Origin: Propionibacterium sp.
Lineage (GTDB): Bacteria > Actinomycetota > Actinomycetes > Propionibacteriales > Propionibacteriaceae
Assembly: GCA_022837595.1 (NCBI GenBank)
Contig: JALHFX010000012.1
Coordinates: 1,993 to 65,992, forward strand
Direction of reading: 5' to 3'
DNA: 64,000 nucleotides
The notes under the pieces were generated by a model. The model was not told the origin of the DNA, made no database searches, and saw only the letters and a program-made list of their open reading frames with translations. Both the position numbers and the translations under genes were made by a program. Within the stretch, counting starts at the first letter, position 1, and each line of letters begins with the position of its first letter. Below are positions 48,595-60,697 of this stretch, one piece after another.

Positions 48595-49682
48595 CAGCGC
48601 GCTCGACTGGGATAGGTCAAAGTGTTGATACCGCGCACCAGCGCCAAGGCGTTGAAGATGAAACCTGTGTAGACCTGCACGAGTGCGGCGCCGGCATCGA
48701 AGAATGCCTGTGCATCGGATGGTGTCATGATGCCGCCAACACCGATGATCGGTAGATCCGTTTGCGATGCGATCGATTCCACCATGCGCAAGGCCTTGCG
48801 TGTCAGCGGAGCCCCTGACAATCCCCCGGCCTGGTTGGCCAAGTAGAGCTCGGAGGGATGGAGGTATTCGCGTGCCGTGGTTGTGTTGGTCGCGATCAGC
48901 CCCGCGATTCCGCTCTCCTGACAGACATCGATGATTCCACCCAGGTCATAGGGAGCGAGATCGGGTGCCAGTTTGACGAAGATCGGTAGTGGTTTGACCG
49001 GATCAAGTTCAGCTGCAGTGTCCACCAACGCGTTCGTCAGGGCTCTCAGCGCATCACGATCCTGCAGGCTGCGAAGCCCGGGGGTATTCGGACTGGAGAC
49101 ATTGATCGCGACATAATCCGCGTAGGGTGCGATCGTACGCAACGAATACAGATAGTCGTCGGAGGCTTCCTCCAACGGGGTCACCTTGGTCTTGCCGACC
49201 GACACACCTACCGGGTAATCCAGCGCGTTGTTGCCTCGTCGTACACCCCACTGCTCGAGGCGGGCTGCGAGCGCTTCGACCCCCGAGTTGTTGAAGCCCA
49301 TCCGGTTGATGATGGCCCGGCTATGTGGCAGCCGGAAGAGTCGTGGCTGTCGATTGCCGGGTTGCGCATGCGCGGTGACGGTGCCCAGTTCGGCAAAACC
49401 GAAGCCGAGCGCACCCCAGCTGCGGGCGGCTATACCGTCCTTGTCGAGACCAGCTGCAACACCCACGCGTCCCGGAAAATCTATTCCGGCCAGTGTGATT
49501 GCATTGCGTCGCTCCCCAAGAAGACTCTGCACCCGCATCAAAAGCGGATCGGGGATCTCGCTGAGCAGCGTGATCACATGCTCATGTACCTCTTCGGGAT
49601 CCAACCTGAACATGATCGGACGCACCAGGCTCCGATAACCGGTAAGCAACAGTCGGACGAGCAGCTCCTCGCTGGTAATCAT
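48594..49682 (-). CDS. pyrD: Quinone-dependent dihydroorotate dehydrogenase (class 2)
   Basis: GVAAGLDK, QPGN..PRLFR, INRMGFNN, INVSSPNTPGLR, KLAPD, GGLSG. Confidence 0.94.
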   Translation of the reverse strand: MITSEELLVRLLLTGYRSLVRPIMFRLDPEEVHEHVITLLSEIPDPLLMRVQSLLGERRNAITLAGIDFPGRVGVAAGLDKDGIAARSWGALGFGFAELGTVTAHAQPGNRQPRLFRLPHSRAIINRMGFNNSGVEALAARLEQWGVRRGNNALDYPVGVSVGKTKVTPLEEASDDYLYSLRTIAPYADYVAINVSSPNTPGLRSLQDRDALRALTNALVDTAAELDPVKPLPIFVKLAPDLAPYDLGGIIDVCQESGIAGLIATNTTTAREYLHPSELYLANQAGGLSGAPLTRKALRMVESIASQTDLPIIGVGGIMTPSDAQAFFDAGAALVQVYTGFIFNALALVRGINTLTYPSRAR

Positions 49683-49710
49683 CGCTGGTCCCTTCAAAGC
49701 TCAGGTGTGG

Positions 49711-52700
49711 TTAGTGTTTTCGCGTCTGTTGGATTTGTTTGGCCCAATCCTGCAACGAATGCACGCGGATCGTGCCGTTCCGGACTGCTTCGATCCCTTG
49801 TACCGCAGCCTCGAGCCCCTGCACCGTCGTAATGGACGGTACTTCGTGTAGTACGGCAGCGGTTCGGATCGCGTAGCCGTCCCGACGCGGAGATCCCCCG
49901 TCGGTTTCGCCGCTGGGCGTGTTGAAGACCAGGTCGACGTTGCCGCCGCGAATCAGATCGACGATCGTCGGTTCACCGTTCGGGCCGGCTCCCTGCGAGA
50001 ATTTGCGAATCGGGGTGGCTTTGACGCCATGGAGCGCGAGCATGGACGCGGTGCCGGCGGTGGCCAGGATCGTGAAGCCCATATCGGCGAGCCTCTTGAC
50101 CGGGAAGATGATGTTGCGCTTGTCGCGATTGGCCACCGAAATGAAGACCGTGCCCGTAGTCGGTAACTGACCATAGGCGGCTGCCTGAGACTTGGCGAAG
50201 GCCATACCGAAGTTCGAGCTCAGGCCCATGACTTCTCCGGTGGAGCGCATCTCAGGGCCGAGCAGCGAGTCGACCGTCACACCTTCGGCAGTACGGAATC
50301 GGTTGAACGGTAGGACCGCTTCCTTGATGGCGATCGGCATGCCACTCCAGGTATCCGCGCCATCGCCGGTTTCGCGAAGCATTCCCGAGCTGCGCAAATC
50401 GGCGATCGTGGTACCGAGCATGATCAGTGTCGCAGCTTTCGCTAACGGCGTGTCGGTCGCCTTGGAGACGAACGGCACCGTACGCGAAGCCCGCGGGTTG
50501 GCTTCTAGAACGTAGAGCGCGTCACCGGCCAGGGCGTACTGAATATTGATCAGTCCCTGAACACCGACGCCCTTGGCAATTGCCTCGGTCGAGATTCGGA
50601 TCCGATCGATGACCGCGCCACCTAAAGTGGATGGAGGCAGCGAACAAGCCGAGTCACCCGAATGGATACCGGCTTCCTCAATATGCTCCATGACCCCACC
50701 CAGATACAGGTCATGGCCGTCGTAGAGTGCGTCGACATCGAGCTCGATCGCATCGTCAAGAAAACGGTCGACCAATACCGGGGTCTCGGCGCTGATCAGC
50801 GTCGAATTGTCGATATATGTGCGCAGAAGGTCCTCGTTGTAAACGATCTCCATACCTCGTCCACCCAGCACATAGCTGGGACGCACGAGCACCGGATAGC
50901 CGATCTCTGTCGCGATTTGGCTCGCCTGATCGAAGCTCGAGGCCATGCCGTGTTTGGGTGAGGGCAACTTGGCGTCGGCCAGAACCTTCCCGAAGGCGCC
51001 TCGCTCCTCGGCCAAGTCGATCGCCGAGGGGCTGGTGCCGACGATCTTCACTCCTGCCTGCTCCAGACGTCGGGCGAGCTTCAGGGGCGTCTGCCCACCC
51101 AATTGGACGATGACGCCCGCCACCGGTCCGAGTTTGAGCTCCGCATGGTAGACCTCCATCACATCCTCGAAGGTGAGCGGCTCGAAATACAACCGATCCG
51201 AGGTGTCGTAGTCAGTGGAGACGGTCTCCGGATTGCAGTTGACCATGATCGAGTCATAGCCGTTGGCCGACAGAACCATCGCTGCATGCACGCAGGAGTA
51301 GTCGAACTCGATGCCTTGACCGATCCTGTTCGGTCCGCTGCCGAGGATCAGCACCGCGGGCCGGGTCCGGGGCTCGAGTTCGCTCTCCTCGTCGTAGCTC
51401 GAATAGTGGTATGTCGTTCTGGCACTGAACTCGGCCGCACAGGTGTCGACAGTCTTATAGACCGGGAGCACCCCCAGTATTCGGCGCAGCTCATGGATCA
51501 GCTCGGGGCTGGTCCCGCGCAACTGCGCGAGCTGATCGTCTGAAAGCCCGTGTCGTTTGCCCAGTCGCAGTAGATCGGCGCTGAGCTCTTCGGCGCTGCG
51601 TATTTGCTCGCTGACTTGGTGGATGAGCTCCAGCTGGTCGAGGAACCACGGATCGATGCGGGTCGCTTGGTAGAGCTGCTCGACTGAAGCCCCCGCGCGT
51701 AAGGCCTGGAAGACATCTTGGATCCGGTCACCACGGGGTTCTGCCGCGGCCGTCACGAGTTCGGCGATGTCACCTGGCTCGCGACTGAAGTCGAACGGGG
51801 CGTCGGAATCTTCCAGCGAACGCAGCGCCTTGCCGAGGGCTTCGGTGAAGTTGCGGCCGATGGACATGGCCTCGCCGACAGACTTCATATGAGTGGTGAG
51901 GGTGACATCGGCATTTGGGAACTTCTCGAAGGCAAAACGTGGCACCTTAACCACGACATAGTCGAGGGTCGGTTCGAAGGAGGCCGGAGTCTGGGATGTG
52001 ATGTCGTTAGGTATCTCGTCAAGGGTGTACCCGATGGCGACCTTCGCAGCGATCTTCGCGATCGGGAATCCGGTCGCCTTGGAGGCCAACGCCGAACTGC
52101 GAGAGACCCGTGGGTTCATCTCGATGACGATCATTCGACCGTCGTCCGGGTTGATGGCGAACTGAATATTGCAGCCACCGGTGTCGACGCCGACCGCACG
52201 GATGATCGCAATGCCTACATCGCGCATGTGCTGGTACTCGCGGTCGGTCAAGGTCATGGCCGGAGCAACGGTGATCGAGTCACCCGTGTGCACACCCATC
52301 GGATCGACGTTCTCGATCGAGCACACCACCACGACGTTGTCGGAGCAGTCGCGCATGAGCTCGAGTTCGAATTCTTTCCATCCGAGCACCGACTCTTCGA
52401 CCAGCACCTCGGTCACCGGGCTGGCATCCAGGCCGATCCGGCCCATCTGCTCGAGCTCAGCCTGATCGTGAGCGATGCCGGAGCCGACACCACCCATGGT
52501 GTAACTCGGGCGAAGCACCACCGGCAGCCCGAGCTCTTCGGCCGCTGTCCGGATCTCGTCCATGGTGTGACAGATTCGGCTCTTGGCGACTTCGGCCTTA
52601 CCTCCCGCGAAATCCGGGAGGTTCTCGATGACATGTTTGAACTCTTCGCGGTTTTCGCCACGCTTGATGGCCTCAACCGATGCGCCGATCAGTTCGACGC

Positions 52701-53034
52701 CATGGCGTTCCAGCACCCCTGATTCAAAGAGCGCCACCGCAGTGTTCAACGCGGTTTGGCCACCTAACGTGGCCAGTAACGCGTCCGGCTGCTCGACCGC
52801 GATGATCTTCTCCACATATTCGGGAGTGATCGGCTCCAAATAGGTGGCGTCCGCGAATTCAGGATCGGTCATGATCGTCGCGGGGTTCGAGTTGACCAGG
52901 ATCACCCGGTAGCCCTCGTCACGCAGCACGCGACAGGCCTGAGTGCCCGAGTAATCGAATTCCGCTGCCTGGCCGATGACGATCGGGCCGGATCCGATCA
53001 CCATGATCGACTTGATATCAGAGCGCCGAGGCAT
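49711..53034 (-). CDS. carB: Carbamoyl-phosphate synthase large subunit
   Basis: [37 protein letters not shown], two ATP-grasp domains, MGS domain. Confidence 0.98.
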   Translation of the reverse strand: MPRRSDIKSIMVIGSGPIVIGQAAEFDYSGTQACRVLRDEGYRVILVNSNPATIMTDPEFADATYLEPITPEYVEKIIAVEQPDALLATLGGQTALNTAVALFESGVLERHGVELIGASVEAIKRGENREEFKHVIENLPDFAGGKAEVAKSRICHTMDEIRTAAEELGLPVVLRPSYTMGGVGSGIAHDQAELEQMGRIGLDASPVTEVLVEESVLGWKEFELELMRDCSDNVVVVCSIENVDPMGVHTGDSITVAPAMTLTDREYQHMRDVGIAIIRAVGVDTGGCNIQFAINPDDGRMIVIEMNPRVSRSSALASKATGFPIAKIAAKVAIGYTLDEIPNDITSQTPASFEPTLDYVVVKVPRFAFEKFPNADVTLTTHMKSVGEAMSIGRNFTEALGKALRSLEDSDAPFDFSREPGDIAELVTAAAEPRGDRIQDVFQALRAGASVEQLYQATRIDPWFLDQLELIHQVSEQIRSAEELSADLLRLGKRHGLSDDQLAQLRGTSPELIHELRRILGVLPVYKTVDTCAAEFSARTTYHYSSYDEESELEPRTRPAVLILGSGPNRIGQGIEFDYSCVHAAMVLSANGYDSIMVNCNPETVSTDYDTSDRLYFEPLTFEDVMEVYHAELKLGPVAGVIVQLGGQTPLKLARRLEQAGVKIVGTSPSAIDLAEERGAFGKVLADAKLPSPKHGMASSFDQASQIATEIGYPVLVRPSYVLGGRGMEIVYNEDLLRTYIDNSTLISAETPVLVDRFLDDAIELDVDALYDGHDLYLGGVMEHIEEAGIHSGDSACSLPPSTLGGAVIDRIRISTEAIAKGVGVQGLINIQYALAGDALYVLEANPRASRTVPFVSKATDTPLAKAATLIMLGTTIADLRSSGMLRETGDGADTWSGMPIAIKEAVLPFNRFRTAEGVTVDSLLGPEMRSTGEVMGLSSNFGMAFAKSQAAAYGQLPTTGTVFISVANRDKRNIIFPVKRLADMGFTILATAGTASMLALHGVKATPIRKFSQGAGPNGEPTIVDLIRGGNVDLVFNTPSGETDGGSPRRDGYAIRTAAVLHEVPSITTVQGLEAAVQGIEAVRNGTIRVHSLQDWAKQIQQTRKH

Positions 53035-54170
53035 CAGAGAACGCCCTTCCTGTTGGCCGACATCAGGTCGGCGAAGCGATCGAAAAGGTACTCCGCATCG
53101 TGTGGACCCGCTGCGGCCTCAGGGTGGTATTGCACGGAGAAAGCGACAGATCTGCCGTCTCGAGTCAGCTCTAGGCCTTCGACGACATCGTCGTTGAGGC
53201 AGATGTGACTCACATGCACGGTGCCGAAGTCGGTTTCTTTGAGCTCATTGTGGGCGATGTCGACCGCGAAACCGTGATTATGGGAGGTGATATCAATGCG
53301 ATTCGTTGCCCGATCCAGCACCGGTTGGTTGATACCGCGATGGCCGTATCGCAGTTTAAAAGTGTCGAACCCCAGTGCTCTGCCGAGCACCTGATGGCCC
53401 AGGCAGATACCGAAAAGCGGTAAACCGGCACGCAACGACGCCTGCGTCAACTCAACAGCATGGTTCGCGGTGGCTGGGTCGCCGGGCCCGTTGCTGATGA
53501 AGACACCATCGGGGTTGAGGGCCACCAGTTCCTCGAAGCTGACCGAGGCGGGCAACACGTGCACCTCAATGCCACGCTCCGATAATTCTTGGGGTGTCGT
53601 GGCCTTGATACCAAGATCCAAGGCCGCAACGGTGAACTGCTTTTCACCGGTGGCCGGCACCAGATAGCGTTGCGGGGTCGTGACCTGAGCGATCAGATCA
53701 GCGCCCACCATGCTCGGTTGCCGGAGCACCTTCGCTTGGAGCGCATCGATATCGGTGGAGACCGAACTGATGCCTACCCGCATCGAACCTTCTTCGCGCA
53801 GATGACGGGTCAGTGCCCGGGTATCGATGCCCGAGATACCGACGATCTCTTGGGCCACCAACTCGGCGTCCAGCGAGCGGGTCGAGCGCCAATTACTCGG
53901 ACGAGGCGATGGATCACGGACGACATATCCTGCCACCCAGATGCGATTCGACTCGTCGTCCTCGTCATTCCAACCGGTATTACCGATATGCGGCGCGGTG
54001 GCGATGACCACCTGACCGAAATAGCTGGGATCGGTCAGGGTCTCCTGGTAGCCCGACATCCCGGTCGCGAAGACCGCTTCACCGAAGGTTTCGCCGACAG
54101 CCCCGAAAGCCTGTCCGCGGAAGGCTCGTCCGTCTTCTAGCACCAGGATGGCAGGATTACTGCTGGTCAT
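53034..54170 (-). CDS. carA: Carbamoyl-phosphate synthase small subunit
   Basis: [38 protein letters not shown]. Confidence 0.97.
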   Translation of the reverse strand: MTSSNPAILVLEDGRAFRGQAFGAVGETFGEAVFATGMSGYQETLTDPSYFGQVVIATAPHIGNTGWNDEDDESNRIWVAGYVVRDPSPRPSNWRSTRSLDAELVAQEIVGISGIDTRALTRHLREEGSMRVGISSVSTDIDALQAKVLRQPSMVGADLIAQVTTPQRYLVPATGEKQFTVAALDLGIKATTPQELSERGIEVHVLPASVSFEELVALNPDGVFISNGPGDPATANHAVELTQASLRAGLPLFGICLGHQVLGRALGFDTFKLRYGHRGINQPVLDRATNRIDITSHNHGFAVDIAHNELKETDFGTVHVSHICLNDDVVEGLELTRDGRSVAFSVQYHPEAAAGPHDAEYLFDRFADLMSANRKGVL

Positions 54171-54684
54171 GGCCTTTCCTCCCCGGGCGGGTCTGCGCGG
54201 CCCTACCCAACAATCCGTTCAGGAACGTCACCGAGTCGTCGGTGGATAGTCCATCGGCTAGTTCCAGCGCTTCGCTGATGGCTGGGCGGACATCGATATC
54301 GGTGAAATCGAGTTCGTAGATAGCTATCCGGGCAAGACAGCGGTCAATGCGGGGCATCCGTTCGATCGGCCATTGGCTGGCGGCCAAAGAGCTGATCCGC
54401 CGATCGATCTCCTCTGAATTATCGCGAACCCCGAGGACGATCTCGCGGGTGAACTCGCGCACACTAGCCTCGGGGTCGTCCAGCCGTTGAGCCAGCGAGA
54501 CGAAGGGATCGCGGTTGAGCAGATCAGCCTCGAAGAGGATATCGAGAGCTGCCTTGCGTGCCTTGGTACGGGTCGAATAGTGGGCATCCGCCATATCGAC
54601 GGAAGAGACCTTGATCGCCCCGGGGACCGGTGGGTGTTCTCCGGCTGCCAGCGGGAGCGGCTGCTCGTCGGAGGGGTGCGTCAT
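54157..54684 (-). CDS. nusB: Transcription antitermination factor NusB
   Basis: RTKARKAALDILFEAD, W..ERMP.IDR, AISEALELA..LSTDDS..FLNGLLG. Confidence 0.92.
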   Translation of the reverse strand: MTHPSDEQPLPLAAGEHPPVPGAIKVSSVDMADAHYSTRTKARKAALDILFEADLLNRDPFVSLAQRLDDPEASVREFTREIVLGVRDNSEEIDRRISSLAASQWPIERMPRIDRCLARIAIYELDFTDIDVRPAISEALELADGLSTDDSVTFLNGLLGRAAQTRPGRKGHDQQ

Positions 54685-55247
54685 CAGGAGTTGACGCGAC
54701 CGAGGTATTCGCCGGATTCCGTGGAGACCTTCACCTTTTCACCGGTGGTGATGAACAGCGGCACCTGAATCTGTTTGCCGGTTTCCACGGTGGCGGGCTT
54801 GGTGCCACCGGAGGAGCGGTCGCCTTGTAAACCCGGCTCGGTATAGGTGATCTCAAGCTCGACGCTGGCGGGTAGATCGATGTAGAGCGGATTACCCTCG
54901 TGGGTAGCGACGGTAATCGTCATGCCTTCGAGGAGGTAGTCTTTGGCGTCGCCGAAAGTTTCCGGCGGAATGGTCAGCTGATCGTAGGTATTCATGTCCA
55001 TGACCACATAACCGCTGCCGTCCTCGTAGAGGTACTGCATATCGGATCGATCAACCTGCGCCATCTCGATCTTCGTGTCGGCCGGGAAGGTGCGGTCAAC
55101 GGTCTTGCCATTCACGACGTTCTTGATCTTGGTACGCACCACGGTGTTGCCTTTGCCGGGTTTGTGATGCTGAAACCACAAGACTTGCCAGAGCTGGCCG
55201 TCCAGGTCCAGTACGGTGCCGTTCTTGATGTCGTTGGTGGTAGCCAC
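54684..55247 (-). CDS. efp: Elongation factor P
   Basis: [45 protein letters not shown]. Start trimmed to GTG 55247. Confidence 0.96.
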   Translation of the reverse strand: MATTNDIKNGTVLDLDGQLWQVLWFQHHKPGKGNTVVRTKIKNVVNGKTVDRTFPADTKIEMAQVDRSDMQYLYEDGSGYVVMDMNTYDQLTIPPETFGDAKDYLLEGMTITVATHEGNPLYIDLPASVELEITYTEPGLQGDRSSGGTKPATVETGKQIQVPLFITTGEKVKVSTESGEYLGRVNS

Positions 55248-55402
55248 GCTTGCCTTTCCGATCTGGGCGTTCGCGATCCGCCGGGAGTTCCCGGCGCAAA
55301 GATATGGCGGTCGACCCGCAATCGTCCATTCTAGCGGCACCCACCGAACGGCGGCGAATTACGACTCACAGCTGCCTGGCAATTCTGCCATCGCGGTTGA
55401 GC

Positions 55403-56089
55403 TCAACCCTGGGGCTTCTGGCGGCGGATGCCAAGCTCGCGAGCCTGACGGACGCGTTCTTCGCGTGCGGCGATATACGGCAATGCCAGGCGCCGCATGA
55501 CTTCAGCCGTTTCTGGTGAATGCCCGCTGGCAGCCAACTGAGTAGCCATCGCCTCCAGATCAGACGAGGACTTGTTCTGGCTCAGCTTCGCTTTGCCGAT
55601 CACATCATCGATGATGAACTCGATACCCACGATGGCCGGCAGCATCCGCTCGATGGCCTCCAGCGGCCCGTTCTCCAGCCGCCAGTTCGGTTCATGGCGT
55701 GACGTCAGATCGTAGAGCGACTGCAGCTTCCAAGCATCGTCGTGGTGGGTGACCAATCTGCCGACCAGATGGACGACCAGATAGTTCCACGTCGGTACGG
55801 TCGGGATCCGCGACGGACCATGGCTTGGCGGCACGACCTCGGGGCTGATATAAGCATCGGGACCATGCACGACCATCATCGCGGGACCTTCATCGTGCCA
55901 CTGCAGGTTGGTCCTGGCCATGTGAGTGGTCAGTCTTCGCGGGCCGCCATCTTCGTCGAGGAGCACGAAGGGCAGCATCGTGACATCCAATCCCCGCTCG
56001 CCGTGGGTAACGAGATCTCCAACCCCGCGAACGTCGGCCTGCCGCAACGCCTCATCGGATGGCATTGAGAATTGTTCTGCCACATACAT
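55403..56089 (-). CDS. FMN-binding negative transcriptional regulator (PaiB family)
   Basis: MYVAEQF, H.AR.N.QW, GPDAYISP, VPTWNY..VH..G, AIVGIEF.I....GK.KLSQN. Confidence 0.87.
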   Translation of the reverse strand: MYVAEQFSMPSDEALRQADVRGVGDLVTHGERGLDVTMLPFVLLDEDGGPRRLTTHMARTNLQWHDEGPAMMVVHGPDAYISPEVVPPSHGPSRIPTVPTWNYLVVHLVGRLVTHHDDAWKLQSLYDLTSRHEPNWRLENGPLEAIERMLPAIVGIEFIIDDVIGKAKLSQNKSSSDLEAMATQLAASGHSPETAEVMRRLALPYIAAREERVRQARELGIRRQKPQG

Positions 56090-56174
56090 CGTCTTGGTTC
56101 ATCCTCCGTCACGAGATCACAAAAAGGGGACCCTACGAATCTGCCCAGGACAGTCAGCGTTGGCGCTTGCGCAA

Positions 56175-57263
56175 TCAGTCGCGGCCCAGTTGCGCGTAGC
56201 ATTCTTCGAGCACGCGCTCGCTGGGGGCCACGATCATTGCCGGGTCCCCCAGATTGCGCAACCCGACGAACCGCAACGCCTGACCCCGGGTCTTCTTGTC
56301 GCGGGCCATCAGCTCACGGAGTTCACCAAACGGCGCGCGTCGATAGCTGGTCGGTAAACCGAGGGCTGCGAGGAGCTCATAATGGGTGGCGACGGCTTCG
56401 TCCGAGAGCCCGAGCAGTCGGCGGGAGAGGTGAGCGGCGAAGATCATACCCAGCGCGACAGCCTCGCCGTGCCTGAGCTCGTAGTGCTCCCAGGATTCGA
56501 TCGCGTGCCCGAGGGTGTGGCCATAATTGAGCACTTCGCGTCCGATGGCGGCTCCTACCGATGTGGTTTCGCGCAGATCTTTCGAGACCACATCCGCCTT
56601 GAACTGTACGGCGCGGCGAATCAGCTCCGCGTGACGGGCGCTCGCGACGTCCAGTGACCCGCTCGCAGATTCGGCGATCAGCGCACGGATCCGCTCATCT
56701 GTGATGAAACCGGCCTTGATCACCTCGGCCAGCCCCGACCGGATCTCGCGTGCCGGCAGAGTCGCCAGCAGGCTGAGATCAGCAATGACGCCATTCGGCT
56801 CATGGAAGGCACCGACCAGGTTCTTGCCTTCGGGTAGATCGATTCCGGTTTTACCGCCGACCGAAGCATCGACCATCGCGAGCACTGTGGTGGGCACGCT
56901 GAGGTAGCTGACGCCACGCAGCCAACTCGCCGCGACGAAGCCCGCCAGATCGGTGGTGGCTCCCCCACCAACCCCGATGATCAGATCGGAGCGCGTGAAA
57001 CCGGCTGAGGCGAGCGTGCTCCAACAGCTCGCCAAGATCTGCGGCGTCTTGGCTGCTTCGCCTTCGGGCACACCGATAGAAAGCACCGAGACGGTGGCGG
57101 AACCGACGAGTCGAGCCACCTCCAGTGCTACCTCGACCAACGGCTCAGCGTAGATAACGGCCACTCGGCTGGAGTCAGCGATCAACGCCGGCAGTTTTTC
57201 GAGCGCTCCGTTATCGATCTCGACGCAATACGGATGTTCGGTGGCGAAACGTACGGTGCTCAT
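56175..57263 (-). CDS. aroB: 3-dehydroquinate synthase
   Basis: GGGATTDLAGFVAA, VPTTVLAMVDASVGGKTG, GKNLVGAFH, LNYGHTLGHAIE. Confidence 0.96.
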   Translation of the reverse strand: MSTVRFATEHPYCVEIDNGALEKLPALIADSSRVAVIYAEPLVEVALEVARLVGSATVSVLSIGVPEGEAAKTPQILASCWSTLASAGFTRSDLIIGVGGGATTDLAGFVAASWLRGVSYLSVPTTVLAMVDASVGGKTGIDLPEGKNLVGAFHEPNGVIADLSLLATLPAREIRSGLAEVIKAGFITDERIRALIAESASGSLDVASARHAELIRRAVQFKADVVSKDLRETTSVGAAIGREVLNYGHTLGHAIESWEHYELRHGEAVALGMIFAAHLSRRLLGLSDEAVATHYELLAALGLPTSYRRAPFGELRELMARDKKTRGQALRFVGLRNLGDPAMIVAPSERVLEECYAQLGRD

Positions 57264-57778
57264 GACGGCTCCTGGATGGCGAGTAGACCGATGATCTCGT
57301 CAACGATCCCGGTGGGGCTTCGTCCAGCCGTGTCGACGGCAACGGTCGCTACCTGCTGGTAGAGAGGGGCACGCTGGGCGGCCAGCCGGGTCCAGTTGCC
57401 GGCGACGTCCCCGTTGAGCAGCGGACGAGTAGTCGAGGCGCCCACCCGGCGGACAGCCTCTTGGGCAGTCGTGCGTAGCCAGATCACCTGGTGAGCCTCG
57501 AGCGCTGAACGTAATGCGGCATTCGTGACCGCTCCCCCACCGAGCGCGACCACTCCGCCTGCTGAAAGCGCTGCCAGGGTGGCGTCCAACTCGAGGCGGC
57601 GGAAGCCCGGTTCGCCGAGTTCGGCGAAAATCTCGGTAATTGCGCGGCCCTGCTCGGCTTCGATGACCTCGTCCACATCGCAGAAGCCGATCCCGAGCCT
57701 CGTGGCCAGCGCAGCCCCGACCGTCGACTTACCGACTGCGGGCGGTCCGACCAAGACGATGACAGGATACTCAGACAT
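57260..57778 (-). CDS. aroK: Shikimate kinase
   Basis: [29 protein letters not shown]. Start trimmed to ATG 57778. Confidence 0.93.
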   Translation of the reverse strand: MSEYPVIVLVGPPAVGKSTVGAALATRLGIGFCDVDEVIEAEQGRAITEIFAELGEPGFRRLELDATLAALSAGGVVALGGGAVTNAALRSALEAHQVIWLRTTAQEAVRRVGASTTRPLLNGDVAGNWTRLAAQRAPLYQQVATVAVDTAGRSPTGIVDEIIGLLAIQEPS

Positions 57779-58967
57779 GAATCGACAGCCCGCGTTCTGC
57801 AACCTGTCGCAGATAGCCCTGGTGATTGCGACGGGTCTCGCCCAACGAGTCTCCGCCGAACTTTTCGAGGCAGCATTCCGCCAGGACCAATGCCACCATT
57901 GCTTCAGCGACCACGCCTGCGGCCGGTACCGCACAGACGTCGGAGCGTTGATGATCGGCCACAGCTGCACTACCGGTGCTGACATCGATAGTCCGCAACG
58001 CCCGGGGCACGGTGGCGATCGGCTTCATCGCAGCCCGCACCCTGACGAGCTCACCGGTGGACATGCCGCCTTCGGTGCCACCAGAACGCTGCGAGAGCCG
58101 CTCGATTCCGGTGCCGCCAGGGGCAATCTCGTCGTGGGCTTGGCTGCCGCGAACCCGGGCAAGCTCGAATCCGTCCCCCATCTCCACACCCTTGATCGCC
58201 TGGATGCCCATCAGAGCAGCAGCCAACTTGGCGTCCAACCGGCGGTCGCCTTGAATATGGCTGCCCAAACCGGGCGGGCAGCCCCAGGCAATGACCTCGA
58301 CAACTCCACCTAGAGTGTCGCCGGCCTTCTGGCAGGCAGCGATCTCGGCTTGCATCGCAGCGCTGGCCTCTGGATCGAGGCAACGCACCGGATCGGCATC
58401 GATCGCGGGCAGATCGGCCATCGTCGGAAACGTGCGACTCATAGCACGAACACCGCCGATTTCGACCACATGACTCAACACTGTGATGCCGTAAGCCTGA
58501 GCAAGGAAATTCTGCGCGACCCGGCCCATGGTGACTCGAGCTGCGGTTTCCCGTGCACTCGCACGTTCGAGAACGGGCCGTGATTCGGTGAAGTCGTATT
58601 TCTGCATGCCCGCCAGATCCGCATGTCCTGGACGCGGACGAGTGAGCGGCGCGTTGCGAGCTAATTCGGCAAGTAATGCGGGATCGATTGGATCCGAGGC
58701 CATGACTTGCTCCCACTTCGGCCATTCCGTGTTACCGACCATGATCGCGATCGGAGAGCCGAGTGTCTTACCGTGCCGCACCCCGGCCAGGATCGTCACT
58801 TCGTCCGCCTCGAACTTCATGCGGGCACCGCGCCCAGCACCGAGTCGTCGCCTCGCCAGGGCCTGCGAAATGTCGTCAGATGTCACACTGACCCCGGCGG
58901 GTAAACCCTCCAGTGTCGCAACGAGAGCACGTCCATGTGATTCACCGGCAGTCAGGTATCGAAGCAT
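57771..58967 (-). CDS. aroC: Chorismate synthase
   Basis: [57 protein letters not shown]. Confidence 0.97.
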   Translation of the reverse strand: MLRYLTAGESHGRALVATLEGLPAGVSVTSDDISQALARRRLGAGRGARMKFEADEVTILAGVRHGKTLGSPIAIMVGNTEWPKWEQVMASDPIDPALLAELARNAPLTRPRPGHADLAGMQKYDFTESRPVLERASARETAARVTMGRVAQNFLAQAYGITVLSHVVEIGGVRAMSRTFPTMADLPAIDADPVRCLDPEASAAMQAEIAACQKAGDTLGGVVEVIAWGCPPGLGSHIQGDRRLDAKLAAALMGIQAIKGVEMGDGFELARVRGSQAHDEIAPGGTGIERLSQRSGGTEGGMSTGELVRVRAAMKPIATVPRALRTIDVSTGSAAVADHQRSDVCAVPAAGVVAEAMVALVLAECCLEKFGGDSLGETRRNHQGYLRQVAERGLSIHV

Positions 58968-59066
58968 GTGCTCAAGTATCCCAGATCGGCAAGTACGTTC
59001 GGCGCGCTCGCCACCATGGTCTGTGAGGCTCGGGGTGATCCCGACCCGAGTCCACGGTCGCCTTGC

Positions 59067-60221
59067 TCATCCGCAGCGGTCGGAGTTCGCGCGGCACCAT
59101 GATTGGAATTCGGCCACGTTTTCTTCGTGCCCAGCACCGTCCGAGGCGAATTTCGTCTCACCGGAATCCGGGTTGACCGCGACGAAATAGAGATAGTCAC
59201 CGCGGGTCGGATTGACCGCCGCGTTGAGCGAATTCGTACCTGGGTTCGAGATCGGGCCGGGGGGTAGCCCTTTATGCACATAGGTGTTGTAGGGCGAAGG
59301 ATTCGCGCGTTCTTCGTCCGTGGTGGTGATCGTGCCGGGCGAGTTCACCGCATAGATGACCGTAGAGTCGAGCTGCAACGGCATCCCGTCGGCCAAGCGG
59401 TTGTAGAGCACTTGGGCGATGTCCGGGCCGTAGGCAGGATCTCGGGTCTCCTTTTCGATGATCGAGGCGACGATCAGCGCGTCGTAGGGGTCTACTCCCA
59501 ACGCCTCCGCCTTGTTCACAAAGTCGATCTGATCGGCGACTGTGTTGAACTGTGACGTCATCTCCGAAAGTGCCTCGGCAGCGCTCGGCTGGGTATCGAA
59601 GACATATGTTTCGGGGAAGAGGAAACCTTCGGCCTTGCCGTTGGACCATTCCGGAAGCTTCAGCTGGGAAGGATCATCGAGGACTGCCTGGAAGTCTTGA
59701 GTCGAAATGCCCAGTTGTTCGCTGAGCCTTTTGATCAGAGCAGAATCGCGTAAGCCTTCGGGGATGGTAATTTGCATACTCTGCATATTTCCGCGATCCA
59801 TCAGCGCCCGCACAGCGTCAACAGCCTGCATCTGGGTCTTCAGCTGATAGGTGCCCGGCTGGATGCCCGATGAACCCGCGGTATTCCCTGCGGCCTTGAC
59901 GAAAGCTCTGTTAGATGCCACCACATCGGCCTGCACCAAGATATCGGCCATTTCGGTCAGCGTGGCACCGGCAGGGATAGTCACCGTGACATCCTGCTCA
60001 CCGGGACCCGGATAGTCGCTCGCCTGCAAGAATCCCTGATAAGTGTCCTTGACTTTCGAGTAGACGAAAAAGCCACCACCGATCAGGACCGCTAGTGAGA
60101 TGCTGATTGCCAGCAGGTTCTTCCACCATGACCCACGATGTCTCGTGGAAAGCTGGTCGATATCGAGGTCGACCTCGTCGAAATCGTCGCCGGCGTCGTC
60201 GGTATCGAGGAATCGGTTCAT
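59067..60221 (-). CDS. mltG: Endolytic transglycosylase MltG
   Basis: TM anchor, EGFLFPETY, ASIIEKET, VLYNRL..GMPLQLDST, SPYNTY...GLPPGPISNPG. Confidence 0.94.
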   Translation of the reverse strand: MNRFLDTDDAGDDFDEVDLDIDQLSTRHRGSWWKNLLAISISLAVLIGGGFFVYSKVKDTYQGFLQASDYPGPGEQDVTVTIPAGATLTEMADILVQADVVASNRAFVKAAGNTAGSSGIQPGTYQLKTQMQAVDAVRALMDRGNMQSMQITIPEGLRDSALIKRLSEQLGISTQDFQAVLDDPSQLKLPEWSNGKAEGFLFPETYVFDTQPSAAEALSEMTSQFNTVADQIDFVNKAEALGVDPYDALIVASIIEKETRDPAYGPDIAQVLYNRLADGMPLQLDSTVIYAVNSPGTITTTDEERANPSPYNTYVHKGLPPGPISNPGTNSLNAAVNPTRGDYLYFVAVNPDSGETKFASDGAGHEENVAEFQSWCRANSDRCG

Positions 60222-60229
60222 GGTTATGA

Positions 60230-60697
60230 CTAACCTTCCTGGTGCCAGGCGCGTCCGGCCGGCCGGCCGGTGCGTTTCTCGAATTCGAGTGCTTGCTCGA
60301 GGATATCGACGGCCGCAGCTTGATCGATAATGCGGCGCTGTCGTCGTGCGCTCTTTCCCGTTGCTTTCAGCTTACGGGCGGCGCTGGCGGTACTCAGCCG
60401 CTCATCAACGACGCGCAGCGGCAATCCCAGCTCGGCATGGAGATGGTCGGCAACCTCTGCCATTTGCTGCACCGCTGGGCCTTCTCGTCCGACGAGGTTC
60501 ACCGGCCAGCCGAGTAGCACTTCGATCGGCTCGTACTCGGCGCAGAGTTGCGCCAATCGTTTGGCGGTAGCCGGGCCAGTGGGCACGGTCTCAACCGGGT
60601 AGGCGAGCAGACCGTCGGCGTCGCATGCCGCAACGCCGACTCTCGCTTTGCCCCAATCAATGGCTAGACGGATTCCCCGCCGGAACTCAACGCCCAA
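60230..60697 (-). CDS. ruvX: YqgF/RuvX family putative pre-16S rRNA nuclease
   Basis: LAIDWGKARVGVA, VDERLST, IDQAAAV.IL. Start trimmed to TTG 60697, which overlaps the alaS stop. Confidence 0.92.
   Translation of the reverse strand: MGVEFRRGIRLAIDWGKARVGVAACDADGLLAYPVETVPTGPATAKRLAQLCAEYEPIEVLLGWPVNLVGREGPAVQQMAEVADHLHAELGLPLRVVDERLSTASAARKLKATGKSARRQRRIIDQAAAVDILEQALEFEKRTGRPAGRAWHQEG

Noticed and set aside
55112-55333. Out-of-frame 69-aa ORF starting with TTG 6 nt after the efp TAGAAT -10 and containing a Pro-Pro near the efp start
   Set aside because: Leaderless initiation at TTG is poorly supported, a single PP is common by chance in GC-rich alternate frames, and there is no conservation evidence. 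Ribosome profiling would be needed.
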